A stretch of DNA of 63,384 nt from Octopus bimaculoides (GCF_001194135.2 NC_068986.1:105891701-105955084), one strand, 5' to 3'. Shown: positions 25,878 to 38,504, counted from the first letter of the stretch. Program-made: numbers and translations. The notes: generated by a model not told the origin, from the sequence alone.

Positions 25878-27607
25878 CTGTAAGAAACAAAAACAACATA
25901 TCAATCAAGGTAGTTCAGTATTATGTAGTAGCGGTGGTAGTGGAGGTAGTAGTGATAATGATGGTGGTGGTGGTGGTGATGCTGGTGGTAGTGGTGCTGG
26001 TGGTAGTGGTGTTGCGGTGGGAGTGGTGGTGGTGGTGGTGGCGGTAGTAGTGATGCTTGTAGAAGTGATTGTTGTTGTGGTGGTGGTGGTGGTGGTGCTT
26101 GTAATAGTGGTAGTGATTGTGGTGATAGTGGTGGCAATGACAGTGATGACGGTGGGACTAAACTTGAAACCACGAGATTGTGAAAGCAACCTTCTTAACC
26201 ACACAGCCACGCGTGTGCCTATACAACTTTATCATCATTAATCTGGTGTTTGGGACATAATTTAAAAAAGTTGACCTCAGCAGGATTTGAACTCAGAATG
26301 TAAAGAAGTCAGACACCTTTCCTAACGCCAACCACTTCACAGAGTGTGCTGGGTGCTTTTACATGGCACTTGTATGTGACACCACACTGGCACTTTTACG
26401 TGACACTGCGCGGGTGCTTTTATGTGCCACCGCCACGAGTGCTTTACATCATCAGGTGGCACATTTTTCTAAGGTGCCACGCAGTGGGGACAAACTTGGA
26501 CATGTATTGGTTATAGTGTAGTCACAGTAGGATGGCCAAATTATGTTGTATGGGATGTAGTGTGGATGTGTGGTTATGCTGTAGAGAATATCGTATTGTG
26601 GTGTAGACATATAGCTTGGTCTTTTTCCTTTTCTTCTGTTCTTTTCTGAAAGTTACCTGGAAACCTTACTAATGATGGTGGCACGAAGGAAGCACCCAGT
26701 ACACTCTGTAAAGTGATTGGGTTTAGGAAGGGCATCCAGCTGTAAGAACCTGTGCCAAAGATGACACTGGAGCTTGACGCAGCCCGGTAGCTTGCAGGTT
26801 CCTTATTGAAATGTTCAACTCATGCCAGTGCTGGGAAGCAAACATCATCATCATCATCGTTTAACGTCCGCTTTCCATGCTAGCATGGGTTGGACGATTT
26901 GACTGAGGACTGGTGAAACCAGATGGCTGCACCAGGCTCCAGTCTGATTTGGCAGAGTTTCTACAGCTGGATGCCCTTCCTAACGCCAACCACTCCGAGA
27001 GTGTAGTGGGTGCTTTTTACATGCCACCGGCACGAGGATGTTAAATGATAATGATAAAAGGAAGATGAATGTAGACATATGGCATAGAAATGTGTGTAGG
27101 AAATATGTGTGAGTAAATGTAATAATAATAATAACAACAACAACAACAATAATAATAATAATAATCATCATCATCATAAACCACCACCACCACCACTGCT
27201 GCCGTCATCAACATCATCATTTAATGTCCACCTGCCATGCTGGTATGGAAGGGACAGTTCGACAAGAGCCAGCCAGGTACAAGCCTGCACCAGACTTCTG
27301 TAGCTATTTTGGCAGAATTTTTACAGCTGGAGGCCTTTTAAAACAGCAACCACTTTACAGTGTGGAGTGAGTGCTTTTAAGTGGCACTTGCCCTGACAGG
27401 ATCACCAAGTACCTTGCAAGACAAAAAAAAAAGTGTGTATGAAAAATGTATAAATGTGGTGAGTGTATGAAGGATACATGAATGTGGCTGTGCATGTACA
27501 TGTATGCGAACATGTGTGTATTATATGTATATGCATGTGCATACAGGTATACAGGTGTGCCTGTATAAAACAACTTTGGGGGAAAAGCTCTCAAGCTGAA
27601 TACTGAC

Positions 27608-27741
27608 CTTGCATATCCAGAAGTCATTGATTTGAGGTCATCAAAGAAATCTACCAAAATCTCATTGAGGGGGAAGACCATTGTGATCATGACACGATTG
27701 TCGTCTATGTTGAACTGATTCTTCAAGACACCACGCCGATC
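27608..27741 (-). CDS. GUF1: GUF1 exon ([18 protein letters not shown]...[22 protein letters not shown])
   Basis: PLNEI..DF.D.LKS..SGYAS motif; 134 nt, GTCAGT donor. Confidence 0.97.
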
Positions 27742-29093
27742 CTGAACAAAGAACAAAGAACTTCATGACAAACCACGTATGAATAGTTTCTTACTAAATG
27801 CAAAACAGGCATTCGACCTTCATTAGAACACTTCACATGTTAAAAGATTAGAATGTCCATTACCCAGTACACCCTTCCTAATGCCAACCTAAACACAGCA
27901 TGCACTGGGTACTTTTCCATGCCACCAGCATGGCTGAGGTCACCATGCAGACTGCAAATCTATGGAATCTGAGAACGGCAGATTTATGGTAGGAGATGAG
28001 GGGTTAAAGTGAGGGGCCCAGAGCAGAACAGGTGTGTTGCCATGGAGCAGTCACATGGTTACTCACAAGTATAAAAGAGAGGGAGATGGTGAATAACCAG
28101 GGAGGGGCCGGGAAGATGTGCTTTTCTTCAGACTGTCTGCTCCTTCCTCCTTTTCCTCCTCTCTGGACTTTTTTTCATCCTACCACACAGCCATGCCTAC
28201 ACCTATATATAGTATAGACAATATTCTAACATCATCATTATACTATATATGGTGATACACAAAAGATGGCAAGAATCGTTAGCGCGTCAAACAAAATGCT
28301 TAGTGATATTTCTTTTAGATCTTTATGTTCTGAGTTCAAATTCTGCTGGGGTCAATTTTTCCTTTCATTTCTTCAGCGCCAATAAAATTAAGTACCATTT
28401 GTCGTAATTGTTGTGGCCCTTCCCCTTGAAATTGTTGTTCTTGAACCCTTCAGAAGACTGGCATCCATTTCAAGGGGGAATCTGTGATCTCAGTCAATTA
28501 TACATCATGGAAACCAGGGAACTAACCTTATGAGTCCCTGCGGTCAAGAAGGAAAGAAAAAGAAGAGAGGCACAGGGGTGGCTGTATGGTAAGAAGTTTG
28601 CTCTCCAACCACATGGTTCTGGGTTCATTCCCACTGCATGGCACCTTGAGCAAATGTCTTCAACTATACCCTCAGGTTGACCAAAGCCTGGTGAATGAAT
28701 CTGGTAGATAGAAACTGAAAAAAGCCTGTCATATATATACGGGAGCACTGCGCCGGTTACGATGATGAGGGCTCCAGCTGATACGATCAACGGAACAGCC
28801 TGCTTGTGAAATTAGCATGCAAGTGGCTGAGCACTCCACAGACACGTGTACCCTTAACGTAGTTCACGGGGAGATTCAGCGTGATACAGAGTGTGACAAG
28901 GCTGGCCTTTTGAAATACAGATACTACTCATTTTTACCAGCTGAGTGGACTGGAGCAACGTGAAGTAAAGTGTCTTGCTCAAGGACACAATGCAGCACCA
29001 GGAATTGAACTCACGACCTTACGATCATCAGCCGAATACTCTAACTACTATGCCAAGTACCTTCATGCATACACACACACACATATATACATG

Positions 29094-29166
<73 letters not shown>

Positions 29167-29221
29167 TTCGAAACATATGTCGGAATAAAAGTATGCAGTT
29201 ATAATATGCGTTTACTCCATT

Positions 29222-29257
<36 letters not shown>

Positions 29258-29522
29258 GTGTGTCTTCGTTTATCCCCCATCAGAGCTTGACAACCACTGT
29301 TGGTGTGTTTATGTCCCTGTAACTTAGCAGTTTGGCAAAAGAGATCAACAGAAAAGTACCAGGCTTAAAAAAATGTAAGTACTGGGGTAGATTCAGTCAA
29401 TTAGAATCCTTCAATGTGGTGCCCCAGCAAGGCTTCAATCTAATGACTGACACAATAAAATCATAAAAAAAACAACCACACAACAGTAGACTAAGGATAT
29501 TACATTACACGATATGCCTTAC

Positions 29523-29624
29523 CATGCATAGATTCATGATATCACCAATGTATTCAAGGGGTGTGATGATAGTCCCAAGTATCACAGGTTCCAGATACTC
29601 AGTAATAATGCTTGGATCAGGGAG
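29523..29624 (-). CDS. GUF1: GUF1 exon ([34 protein letters not shown])
   Basis: EYLEP...GTIITP.EY.G.IM.LC motif; 102 nt. Confidence 0.96.
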
Positions 29625-30347
29625 CTACAAAAATATATAAATACAGATATATAACATAAAGGTTAGCGAGTGCGTGTGTGTGTGTGTGTGCATGCAATAT
29701 TAATACTTATAATGTCTTACATGATATATATATAAAATTCATTATTTAAAGTTCCCTTTTCCATATTTGCAGGATCAGATGGAATTTGTCAAAGCAGGTT
29801 TTCTACAGGCAGATGCTCTTCCTGTCATCAACCTTCATTTGTTTCTTTCCAGGCATGGTAATATTTTCCTGTGGCCAGGCAGGATTTTCATAGAAGTCTG
29901 TCATCCACACAAACAGGTTTGTCCTACCATCCATACACACAGCCTTGTCTTGTCATCTTTACATACAGCCTTGTCTTGTCCAGCTAAGTAAAACCGCTGT
30001 CATCCATACATACAGGCTTGTTCTTTATAGGTGCTGGTGCCACTTAAAAAGCAGCCATGCCAGTGCTGTGTAAACGCACCCATCCTTGTGGCACATAAAA
30101 AGCACCCAGCACACAGTGTAAAGTGGTTGGCGCTAGGAAGAGCATCCAGCTGTAGAAACCATGCCACAACAGACAGTTGGTGTCTGGACAGCTCCCCAAG
30201 AATGAACAACGTTGCTTTGTTTGACTGAGGCATGCTTACAACCATCAGATAACGTCAAGACAACGGTATATACAAACATGCATTATAGTTACTATAACAA
30301 CCAAAACCTTGTGAGTGGATTTGATAGATGGAAACTGAGAAAACCTG

Positions 30348-30403
<56 letters not shown>

Positions 30404-31047
30404 ATTTATACATGTGTGGTTGTATAAGTGTAGTGTCTTGTCTTGACATCATGTCATCATCATTATTTAACATTTGCCCTCCATGCTGGCACAGGAAGGA
30501 TGGTTTGATAAGAGCCGGCCAGGCAGAAACCTGCTTCAAACTTCTGCTACTGTTTTGGCAGGATTTTCACATCTGAATGCCCTTCCTAGTACTAAGCACT
30601 CAGCAGAGTGGACTTAGTGATTTTTACGTGGCACAAGCACAGGCGAGGTCAGTTTTGGCCAGGTTTTACAGCTGGATGCCCTTCCAAATGTCAACCACTT
30701 TACAGTGGGAACTGGATGCTTTTTAAGTGGCACCTATACTGACAAGGTTACCAAGTAACTGGCAAGACAAAAACTTTTGAGAGGAGAGGGGGAATTGGAG
30801 GAGATGATCTTGTGTCAGTTGATGAAGGGTTATCGTGAGACAGAGAGACAGAAACAGAGAGTCACCATCATACTATCAGCGCCATTCATTTCCAATATTC
30901 TATGAGAACATGTCTGGTCATGGGGAAATATTACTATGTTTGGAAACAGAGGAGGTTTGGCGACAGGAAGAGCATCCTGCTGTAAAAAGTGAACCATAAC
31001 AAACTTCGTTCGACTCATGCAGTCATGGGAAAAATGGATGTTATAAC

Positions 31048-31179
31048 CAGGGCTGTGGAGTCGAAACAAAAAACTTTGACTCCAACTCCTCTTTATGTAA
31101 TTAACTGACTGTGGTCTAATTTACCGACTCCGACTCCAGCTACCCTTTAATTGCTTCCAAATCCGACTCCACAGCCCAG
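31048..31179. mobile_element. hAT-like MITE, short copy
   Basis: TIR CAGGGCTGTGGAGTCG / CGACTCCACAGCCCAG; 8-bp TSD GTTATAAC/GTTAAAAC. Confidence 0.8.
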
Positions 31180-31292
31180 GTTAAAACAATGATGATGATA
31201 GTGACGGTTGTGGATTGCACTCAATACTGGGGACACATTTTATATTTGATCCTTTTCAAATCCCAAAAGATTGTAATACGATTAACTGGTAC

Positions 31293-31363
31293 CTGGCAGG
31301 GATTTAGTACATCAACTACGTCACTCTGATACTGTTTTATATTCTTACTGCCATGGATTTTAA
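31293..31363 (-). CDS. GUF1: GUF1 exon (VKIHGSKNIKQYQSDVVDVLNPCQ)
   Basis: gaatttcag acceptor, GTACCA donor, 71 nt, phase 1 to 0; fills the gap between the flanking exons. Confidence 0.9.
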
Positions 31364-31475
31364 CTGAAATTCAATAAATACAAAATTAAAGCAGAAAAAC
31401 CACCAATGAGAAAAAGGAAGGATATTTTTTTCATTAATGATGAGTCACAGAAAATTTAAATCAGAATCAAATCAA

Positions 31476-31886
31476 GATGAAGTAGTTGTATGCTGTCAGC
31501 TTAATGTGACAGTCCCCTGAAGGGAATAATACTATTGTTGGTTAGACCTAGGAAGCTGCGCCGCTTCCTGTCAGCCTTGACACATTTCCTGTGTCCTTAT
31601 GTTTACAAGGGGGAGACAAGCACCTCCACCCAGCTAAGCCTGCATCCAGAGACAGGTTTCTGAGTCTTTGCTCGTCATCAGTCTGGAGTAGCAAAGACTC
31701 AGAAACATGTCTCTGGATGTAGGCTTAGCTAGGTGGAGGTGCTTGTCTCCCCCTTGTAAACATAAGGACACAGGAAATGTGTCAAGGGCGACAGGAAGCG
31801 GTACAGCTTCCTAGGTCTAACCAACAGTAGTATTATTCCCTTCAGGGGACTGTCACATTAAGTTGAGAGCATACAGCTTCTTCATC
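31476..31886. repeat. 411-bp fold-back inverted repeat (197-bp arms, 17-nt spacer)
   Basis: 31476-31672 is the reverse complement of 31690-31886 with about 12 mismatches and no indels by eye. Confidence 0.95.
31645..31687 (-). ncRNA. Minimal type I hammerhead ribozyme motif (Penelope-type)
   Basis: Minus strand UCCAGA-CUGAUGA-CGAG-CAAAGA-CUCA-GAAA-CCUG-UC-UCUGGA: perfect 6-bp stem I, full core, 3-bp stem II plus C.A mismatch, 1-bp stem III, GUC site. Confidence 0.75.
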
Positions 31887-32280
31887 GTATCACTACTGCA
31901 TAATCTCTCTGAGAGATTTAAAAATGTATTATTTCCAAATCAAGATTGTTTACATTAGAAATCTCTAAAATGTGTCCAACCCATGCCAGTATGGAAAATG
32001 GATGTTAAATGATGATGATGATCATCATGATGACTTCATGAAATAAACCTATTGAGGGAGTATTTGCCTGCTATTTCTAACAGGTAGAGTGATAAAGTAC
32101 AGAGTACAGGCTCCTTTTTTGGCTTTCTTTGTTTCATACAAAATATTACATGTTTTTGGTGTTAATGACAATGCTTGCTATGAAGAGCAAGGGAGAGAAC
32201 TCCAAAATTTAAATCCTTAAAAATTAAGTGGACACGTGTAGTTAGGAATAAATATTATCATTGGTTAAGTATGGTGACAA

Positions 32281-32321
32281 CTCCAGACATGTTTCAGCTT
32301 TATTAAACCTCCTCAGTGAAA
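32281..32321 (-). ncRNA. Minimal type I hammerhead ribozyme motif with palindromic stem III
   Basis: Minus strand UUUCA-CUGAGGA-GGUUU-AAUA-AAGCU-GAAA-CAUG-UC-UGGAG: 5-bp stems I and II (each with 2 G.U), ACAUGU palindrome, GUC site. Confidence 0.72.
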
Positions 32322-32559
32322 CATAATTGTAAACATACCTACCAAACTTTAAAATGACTTTGAGAGAATATAGCTTTTGAGCAAAAAATTATTCACTGAT
32401 AAGGTAATTTAAAATCACGACAGTAGAAACTTTTCCAGGGATGCTTTCTGCACGAAGAACATATAGTTAAGTGCAAGTTAACATAACTAATGCAGTATGC
32501 CTAAAGGAATCTTTAATCAACTGTAATTGCAGCCATAACGAGAAGAAAAGTCTTCTTAC

Positions 32560-32687
32560 CTTTATACAGTACATTGGGGACTGTTGTAATAGATGACATA
32601 TCGTATTCTTGTTCAAGGCGTTGGCTAAAGACATCCATATGAAGAAGGCCCAGGAATCCAAGCCTCCATCCTTGTCCTAGCACTGGG
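32560..32687 (-). CDS. GUF1: GUF1 exon ([29 protein letters not shown]...PNVLYK)
   Basis: [23 protein letters not shown]4 motif; only an AAG acceptor keeps the frame; 128 nt. Confidence 0.95.
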
Positions 32688-32694
32688 CTTGCAA

Positions 32695-32755
<61 letters not shown>

Positions 32756-32779
32756 GTAATAATAATAATAATAATAATA

Positions 32780-33940
32780 CAAGGTCTAGAATTGAAGGGC
32801 CTTAGAGTCAACCTAGCTAAAACCAAAATCCTAATAAGTAGGAAGGTAGATAAAACACAAACCCCTTCAGGTAGATGGCCCTGCTCAGTATGTAGAAAAG
32901 GAGTAGGTAGTAACTCTATAAGATGTACCCGGTGCAAGCTATGGACACATAAGAGGTGCAGCAACATCAAAGGCAGGTTAACTAGCAAGTTAGTTTTTGT
33001 TTGTGGCAGATGTTCAGGTGCAATAAAGACTGNNNNNNNNNNNNNNNNNNNNNNNNNNNNNNNNNNNNNNNNNNNNNNNNNNNNNNNNNNNNNNNNNNNN
33101 NNNNNNNNNNNNNNNNNNNNNNNNNNNNNNNNNNNNNNNNNNNNNNNNNNNNNNNNNNNNNNNNNNNNNNNNNNNNNNNNNNNNNNNNNNNNNNNNNNNN
33201 NNNNNNNNNNNNNNNNNNNNNNNNNNNNNNNNNNNNNNNNNNNNNNNNNNNNNNNNNNNNNNNNNNNNNNNNNNNNNNNNNNNNNNNNNNNNNNNNNNNN
33301 NNNNNNNNNNNNNNNNNNNNNNNNNNNNNNNNNNNNNNNNNNNNNNNNNNNNNNNNNNNNNNNNNNNNNNNNNNNNNNNNNNNNNNNNNNNNNNNNNNNN
33401 NNNNNNNNNNNNNNNNNNNNNNNNNNNNNNNNNNNNNNNNNNNNNNNNNNNNNNNNNNNNNNNNNNNNNNNNNNNNNNNNNNNNNNNNNNNNNNNNNNNN
33501 NNNNNNNNNNNNNNNNNNNNNNNNNNNNNNNNNNNNNNNNNNNNNNNNNNNNNNNNNNNNNNNNNNNNNNNNNNNNNNNNNNNNNNNNNNNNNNNNNNNN
33601 NNNNNNNNNNNNNNNNNNNNNNNNNNNNNNNNNNNNNNNNNNNNNNNNNNNNNNNNNNNNNNNNNNNNNNNNNNNNNNNNNNNNNNNNNNNNNNNNNNNN
33701 NNNNNNNNNNNNNNNNNNNNNNNNNNNNNNNNNNNNNNNNNNNNNNNNNNNNNNNNACGTAAAAGCACCCACTACACTCTCTGAGTGGTTGGCGTTAGGA
33801 AGGGCATCCAGCTGTAGAAACTCTGCCAAATCAGACTGGAGCCTGGTGTTGCCATCCGGTTTCACCAGTCCTCAGTCAAATCGTCCAACCCATGCTAGCA
33901 TGGAAAGCGGACGTTAAACGATGATGATGATGATGATGAA
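32780..33940 (+). mobile_element. 5'-truncated RTE-clade LINE, probably spanning the gap
   Basis: [16 protein letters not shown] followed by a PHD-like WPCSVCRKGVGSNSIRCTRCKLWTHKRC...FVCGRC; a co-oriented (GAT)n-tailed 3' end follows the gap at 33758-33940. Confidence 0.7.
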
Positions 33941-34344
33941 TAATAATAATAGTAGTAATAATAATAAATAATAATAATAATAATAATAATAGTAACAGTA
34001 GTAGTAGTAGTAGTAATAATAATAATAATATTAATAATAATAATAATAATAATAATAGTAAATAAAGAAGAAGAGTTCCATAATTAAATTTGCTGAACAC
34101 AATATTTCGGTATCTCGCGTACCTTCAACGAGTTCGAAATTTGGTATGTCAGTCTACTTCATTTTTTTTGTAGATAATATAGGACTGCTATGACTCCTCT
34201 GGAGGGAATATGTAAATAACGAAGAAGAGTTCCTTAATTAAATTTGCTGAACACAATATTTTGGATGATGATGATGATGATGATGACGGTGGTGGTGACA
34301 ATGATGATGATGATGGCAATGTAACGAATTATCTCAGAATTTAC

Positions 34345-34454
34345 CTTGTGTCGATGTTCAATGAAACACTTGCATCATTCAAAGTCAGTTTGTCGATTGC
34401 TTTCCTTAAGTCATCATATTCAGATTGGTCAGCGGGGAAAACCCCAGCAAACAC
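34345..34454 (-). CDS. GUF1: GUF1 exon (VFAGVFPADQSEYDDLRKAIDKLTLNDASVSLNIDT)
   Basis: VFAG..P...Y..L..A..KL.LND motif; 110 nt. Confidence 0.97.
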
Positions 34455-35643
34455 CTGAGACAGAGAGGAAGAGGATAAAAAAGAAAGATTAATTAGAATC
34501 TACCTGTATTCTTCATCACTTCATATCAGCATCGACATTACATTTCTGTGACCCTTCAATGTAGTGGTTCTCAACCTTTTTTTAATCTATGGACCCTTTT
34601 GATTAGTATTTCATTCTGGTGGACCCCTATAACAATTTGAAATTCAAAAACTAATTTTAGAGATATTTCTTTCAAAATTCTTATTTTGGTTTTCACAAAT
34701 ACACTTGTCCAACCCCATGCCAGCATGGTAAACGGACGTTAAATGATGATGATGACTCATGCAGGACTTATTCTTTGGAAGCCTAGTACTTATTCTATCG
34801 GTCTCTTTTGCCGAACCGCTAAGTCACGGGGACGTAAACACACCAGCATCGGTTGTCAAGCGATGTTGGGGGGACAAACACAGACATACAAACATATACA
34901 CACACATACATACATATACATACATATATATGACGGGCTTCTTTCAGTTTCTGTCTACCAAATCCACTCACAAGGCTTTGGTTGGCCCGAGGCTATAGTA
35001 GAAGACACTTGCCCAAGGTGCCATGCAGTGGGACTGAACCCAGAACCATGTGGTTCGTAAGCAAGCTACTTACCACACAGCCACTCCTACGCCTCATCAT
35101 TTTCATTTAATGTCCGCTTTCCATGCTATCATGGGTTGGACGATTTGACTGAGGACTGGTGAACCAGATGGCTACACCAGACTTCAATCTGATCTGGCAG
35201 AGTTTCTACAGCTGGAGGCCCTTCCTAATGCCAACCACTCTGAGAGTGTAGTGGGTGTTTTACGTGCCACCGGCACGAGGGCCAGTCAGGCAGTACTGGC
35301 AACGGTCATGCTCAAATGGTGTTTTTTTACATGCCACCTGCACAGGAATCAGTCCAATGTTTTGTTCACATGCTACCGACACGAGTGCCAGTAAGGCAAA
35401 GCTGGAAATGATCGCGCTCGAATGGTGTTCTTTACGTGCCACCGGCACGGGAGTGAGACAGCTGCTCTGGCAGTGATCCCGCTCGGATGGTGCTGTTAGC
35501 GCTCCACTGACACGAGTGCCAGTCATCAAACTTGGTTCAGTTAAATTAAAAATCTTTCACAGATGAAAGAAGAAAATATTAAGCATCTTTTTAACAGTTT
35601 TGGGTTTGTTTTTCTGTTGAAAGGAGACAAGAATTTTACTCAC

Positions 35644-35773
35644 CATGGCTTTGGCAGGTTTAAATCCTTTGACAGGATTTACTGGTGACTTGGGATGGAA
35701 GATAGTATCTCCGATGCGAGCTTCTTTGATGTCTCTGATATTTGCAATCATGTAGCCCACCTGACCAGCGTAC
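35644..35773 (-). CDS. GUF1: GUF1 exon (YAGQVGYMIANIRDIKEARIGDT...GFKPAKAM)
   Basis: AGQVGY and IGDT motifs; 130 nt, GTGAGT donor. Confidence 0.96.
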
Positions 35774-37039
35774 CTGAAACATGTAAGGTGAGAATCGTCT
35801 GAAAGTTGTTTTTATTTCTTGCTTGATTTCATCATGGATTGCCATCCTTAGATTCATTTATTAAGACTATACAATTATGTTACAACAACAATAGTGATTC
35901 TTCTGATAATAATGATGATGATGGATGGCAAAGTGATGATGAGTCGGTCAATTCTCAGTGAGCAGACCAATGAAGAAAGACATTCCAACCATGACCAAAC
36001 TACCTTCTAGCAAAGTGCATCTTAGAGTATCTTTATCTGATGTACCCTTCAGGCAGATTTTCTACAGCCAGACACCTTTCCTGTCGCCAACCCCCACTTA
36101 TTTCCAAGCATGGTACTGCCACTGCCACCAGCAGCAGCAGCAGAAGGTATGTTTTCACAGAATGTCCTAAATGAGTGACACTGCTCATCTATAACAACCA
36201 CACTATGTCAAAATAGGGAGATTGGCACTTATTTTATTAATCCCGAAAGGGAGAAAGGCAAAGTCAAACCCCAGTGAAATTTGAACTCAGAACGTAAAGA
36301 TTGATGAAATACCACGAAGCAGTTTGTCTGCTTGTCATCTAAATGATAACGGTTTCAAATTTTGGAATGAAGCTACCAGTTTCATTGACCCCAGATGTTA
36401 ACAGGTACTTATTTTATTGATCCCGAAAGGGTGAAACGCAAAGTTGACGCTGGCGGCATCTGAACCCAGAACATAAAGACGGACGAAATGCCGCTAACGA
36501 TTTTGCCAGCTTCCTGTCTAAATAATAACAACAACAACAATAATTGTTTCAAGCTTTGCCACAAGGGCATCAACTCTGGAGGAGGGGATGAGTTGATTAC
36601 ATCGACCCCAGTGTTCAACTGGTCCTTATTTTATCGACCCCCAAGAGGATAAAAGGCAAAGTCGACTTCGGCTGAATTTGAACTCAGAAATTAGCAACGG
36701 GTGAAAATACTACTAAACATTTCATCCAGCACAGTAACAATTCTACCATCTCGCTGCCTTAATAATAATAATAATGAAAAAAAATAAATGCACCCTTTTT
36801 AAAGCCTAGCCAGGCTTATGGGCCCGGTTTCCCGGTTTCAATGGTGTATGTGTTCCTCAGCTGGACGGGACGCCAGTCCATCGCAGCGTTACCCATTTTT
36901 GCCAGCTGAGTGGACTGGAGCAACATGAAATGAAGTGTTTTGCTCAAGAACACAACGCGTCGCTCGGTCCAGCCAGGAATCAAAACCACAATCTTACGAT
37001 CATGGTGCTGACACCCTAACAACTAAGCCACGCGCCTCC

Positions 37040-37098
<59 letters not shown>

Positions 37099-37276
37099 AA
37101 TAATAATAATAATAATCATAATAATATTAATAATAATGAAATGATAATAACAATAAAGGAAGAAGGAGGAGGAGGAGGAGGAGGTTTTAGCTTTAAGTAG
37201 ATTTCTTTAAGAATCTAACTAAAAAAATACTAAACAAATTTAGTCTTGAAATGTATTTGGTATTTAAATTACTTAC

Positions 37277-37367
37277 AGTTTCTCACAGGGTACTTGTTCA
37301 GGATACATAAATCCAATCTCTTGGACTTCATATAGTTTCCCTGTTGCTGCAGACATAACTTTATCTC
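37277..37367 (-). CDS. GUF1: GUF1 exon (DKVMSAATGKLYEVQEIGFMYPEQVPCEKL)
   Basis: 91 nt, phase 1 to 2, tttgttag acceptor, GTAAGT donor; matches DK...YEV.E.G...P. Confidence 0.94.
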
Positions 37368-38504
37368 CTAACAAAGGCAGATGAAGAAAGAGACAAGAAA
37401 TAAAATACAACAAAAATCTTGAAAAACAATCTGACGACAGCTGTAAATGGTGGAGCTGCTGATACTGTTGTCACCGACATCTTCAACTCCATCACCCTCA
37501 TCATTGTTTTACTGCCCCCTTTTCCATTTTGCCATACTTGAATAGATCAGATGGAGTTTACTGAGACAGATTTATATCATGAGTGTTTGAGGGGGCCAAT
37601 TGAGTCAAGTGCATCAAAACCAAAATCAAATGGAAATTGTAGTTGTGATCCCTAAGCCAAAGGCATGTAAAAATCACCATCCGAATGTGGTCGATGCCAA
37701 CGCCACCTTGACTAGCTTCTGTGCTGGTGGCATGTAAAAAGCACCAACTGATCGTGGCTGATGACAGCTCCTTTGGTCCCTGTGCCAGTAGCATGTAAAA
37801 AAGCACCCACTACACTCTCAGAGTGGTTGGCATCAGGAAGGGCATCCAGCTGTAGAAACTCTGCCAGATCAGACTGGAGACTGGTGCAGCCTCCTGGCTT
37901 CCCAGACCCCAGTTGAACCGTCTAACCCATGCCAGCATGGAAAATGGATGTTAAACGATGACGATGATGATGATGATGATGATGATATATATATATATTC
38001 ATATATATACATATATATACACGTGTGTGTGCATGTATGTTCATATGCCAGAGCAGCTGACTGGCCCTCATGCCAGTGGCACGTAAAAAGCACCCACTAC
38101 ACTCTCGGAGTGGTTGGCGTTAGGAAGGGCATCCAGTTGTAGAAACTCTGCCAAATCAGATTGGAGCCTGGTGCAGTCATCTGGTTCACCAGTCCTCAGT
38201 CAAATCGTCCAACCCATGCTAGCATGGAAAGCGGACGTTAAACGATGATAATGATGATACATATTATCATCATTACTTCAATGTCCATTTTGGATAGATC
38301 AGAGAGAATTCCTTGAGGCAGATTTTCTACGGTTGGATGCCTATTCTGTTGCCAACCTTTACCTCCTGTTTTTCATGGAAGGTAATATGTTCTTCATGGC
38401 TAGACATGTTTACATGAAAGATCAGAATTGAATGACAAAGCTTGTATGACAGTAACCCTTGTGTTAATTTGAGTTTCAAAGAGATATATGATTGATTGAC
38501 TTAC

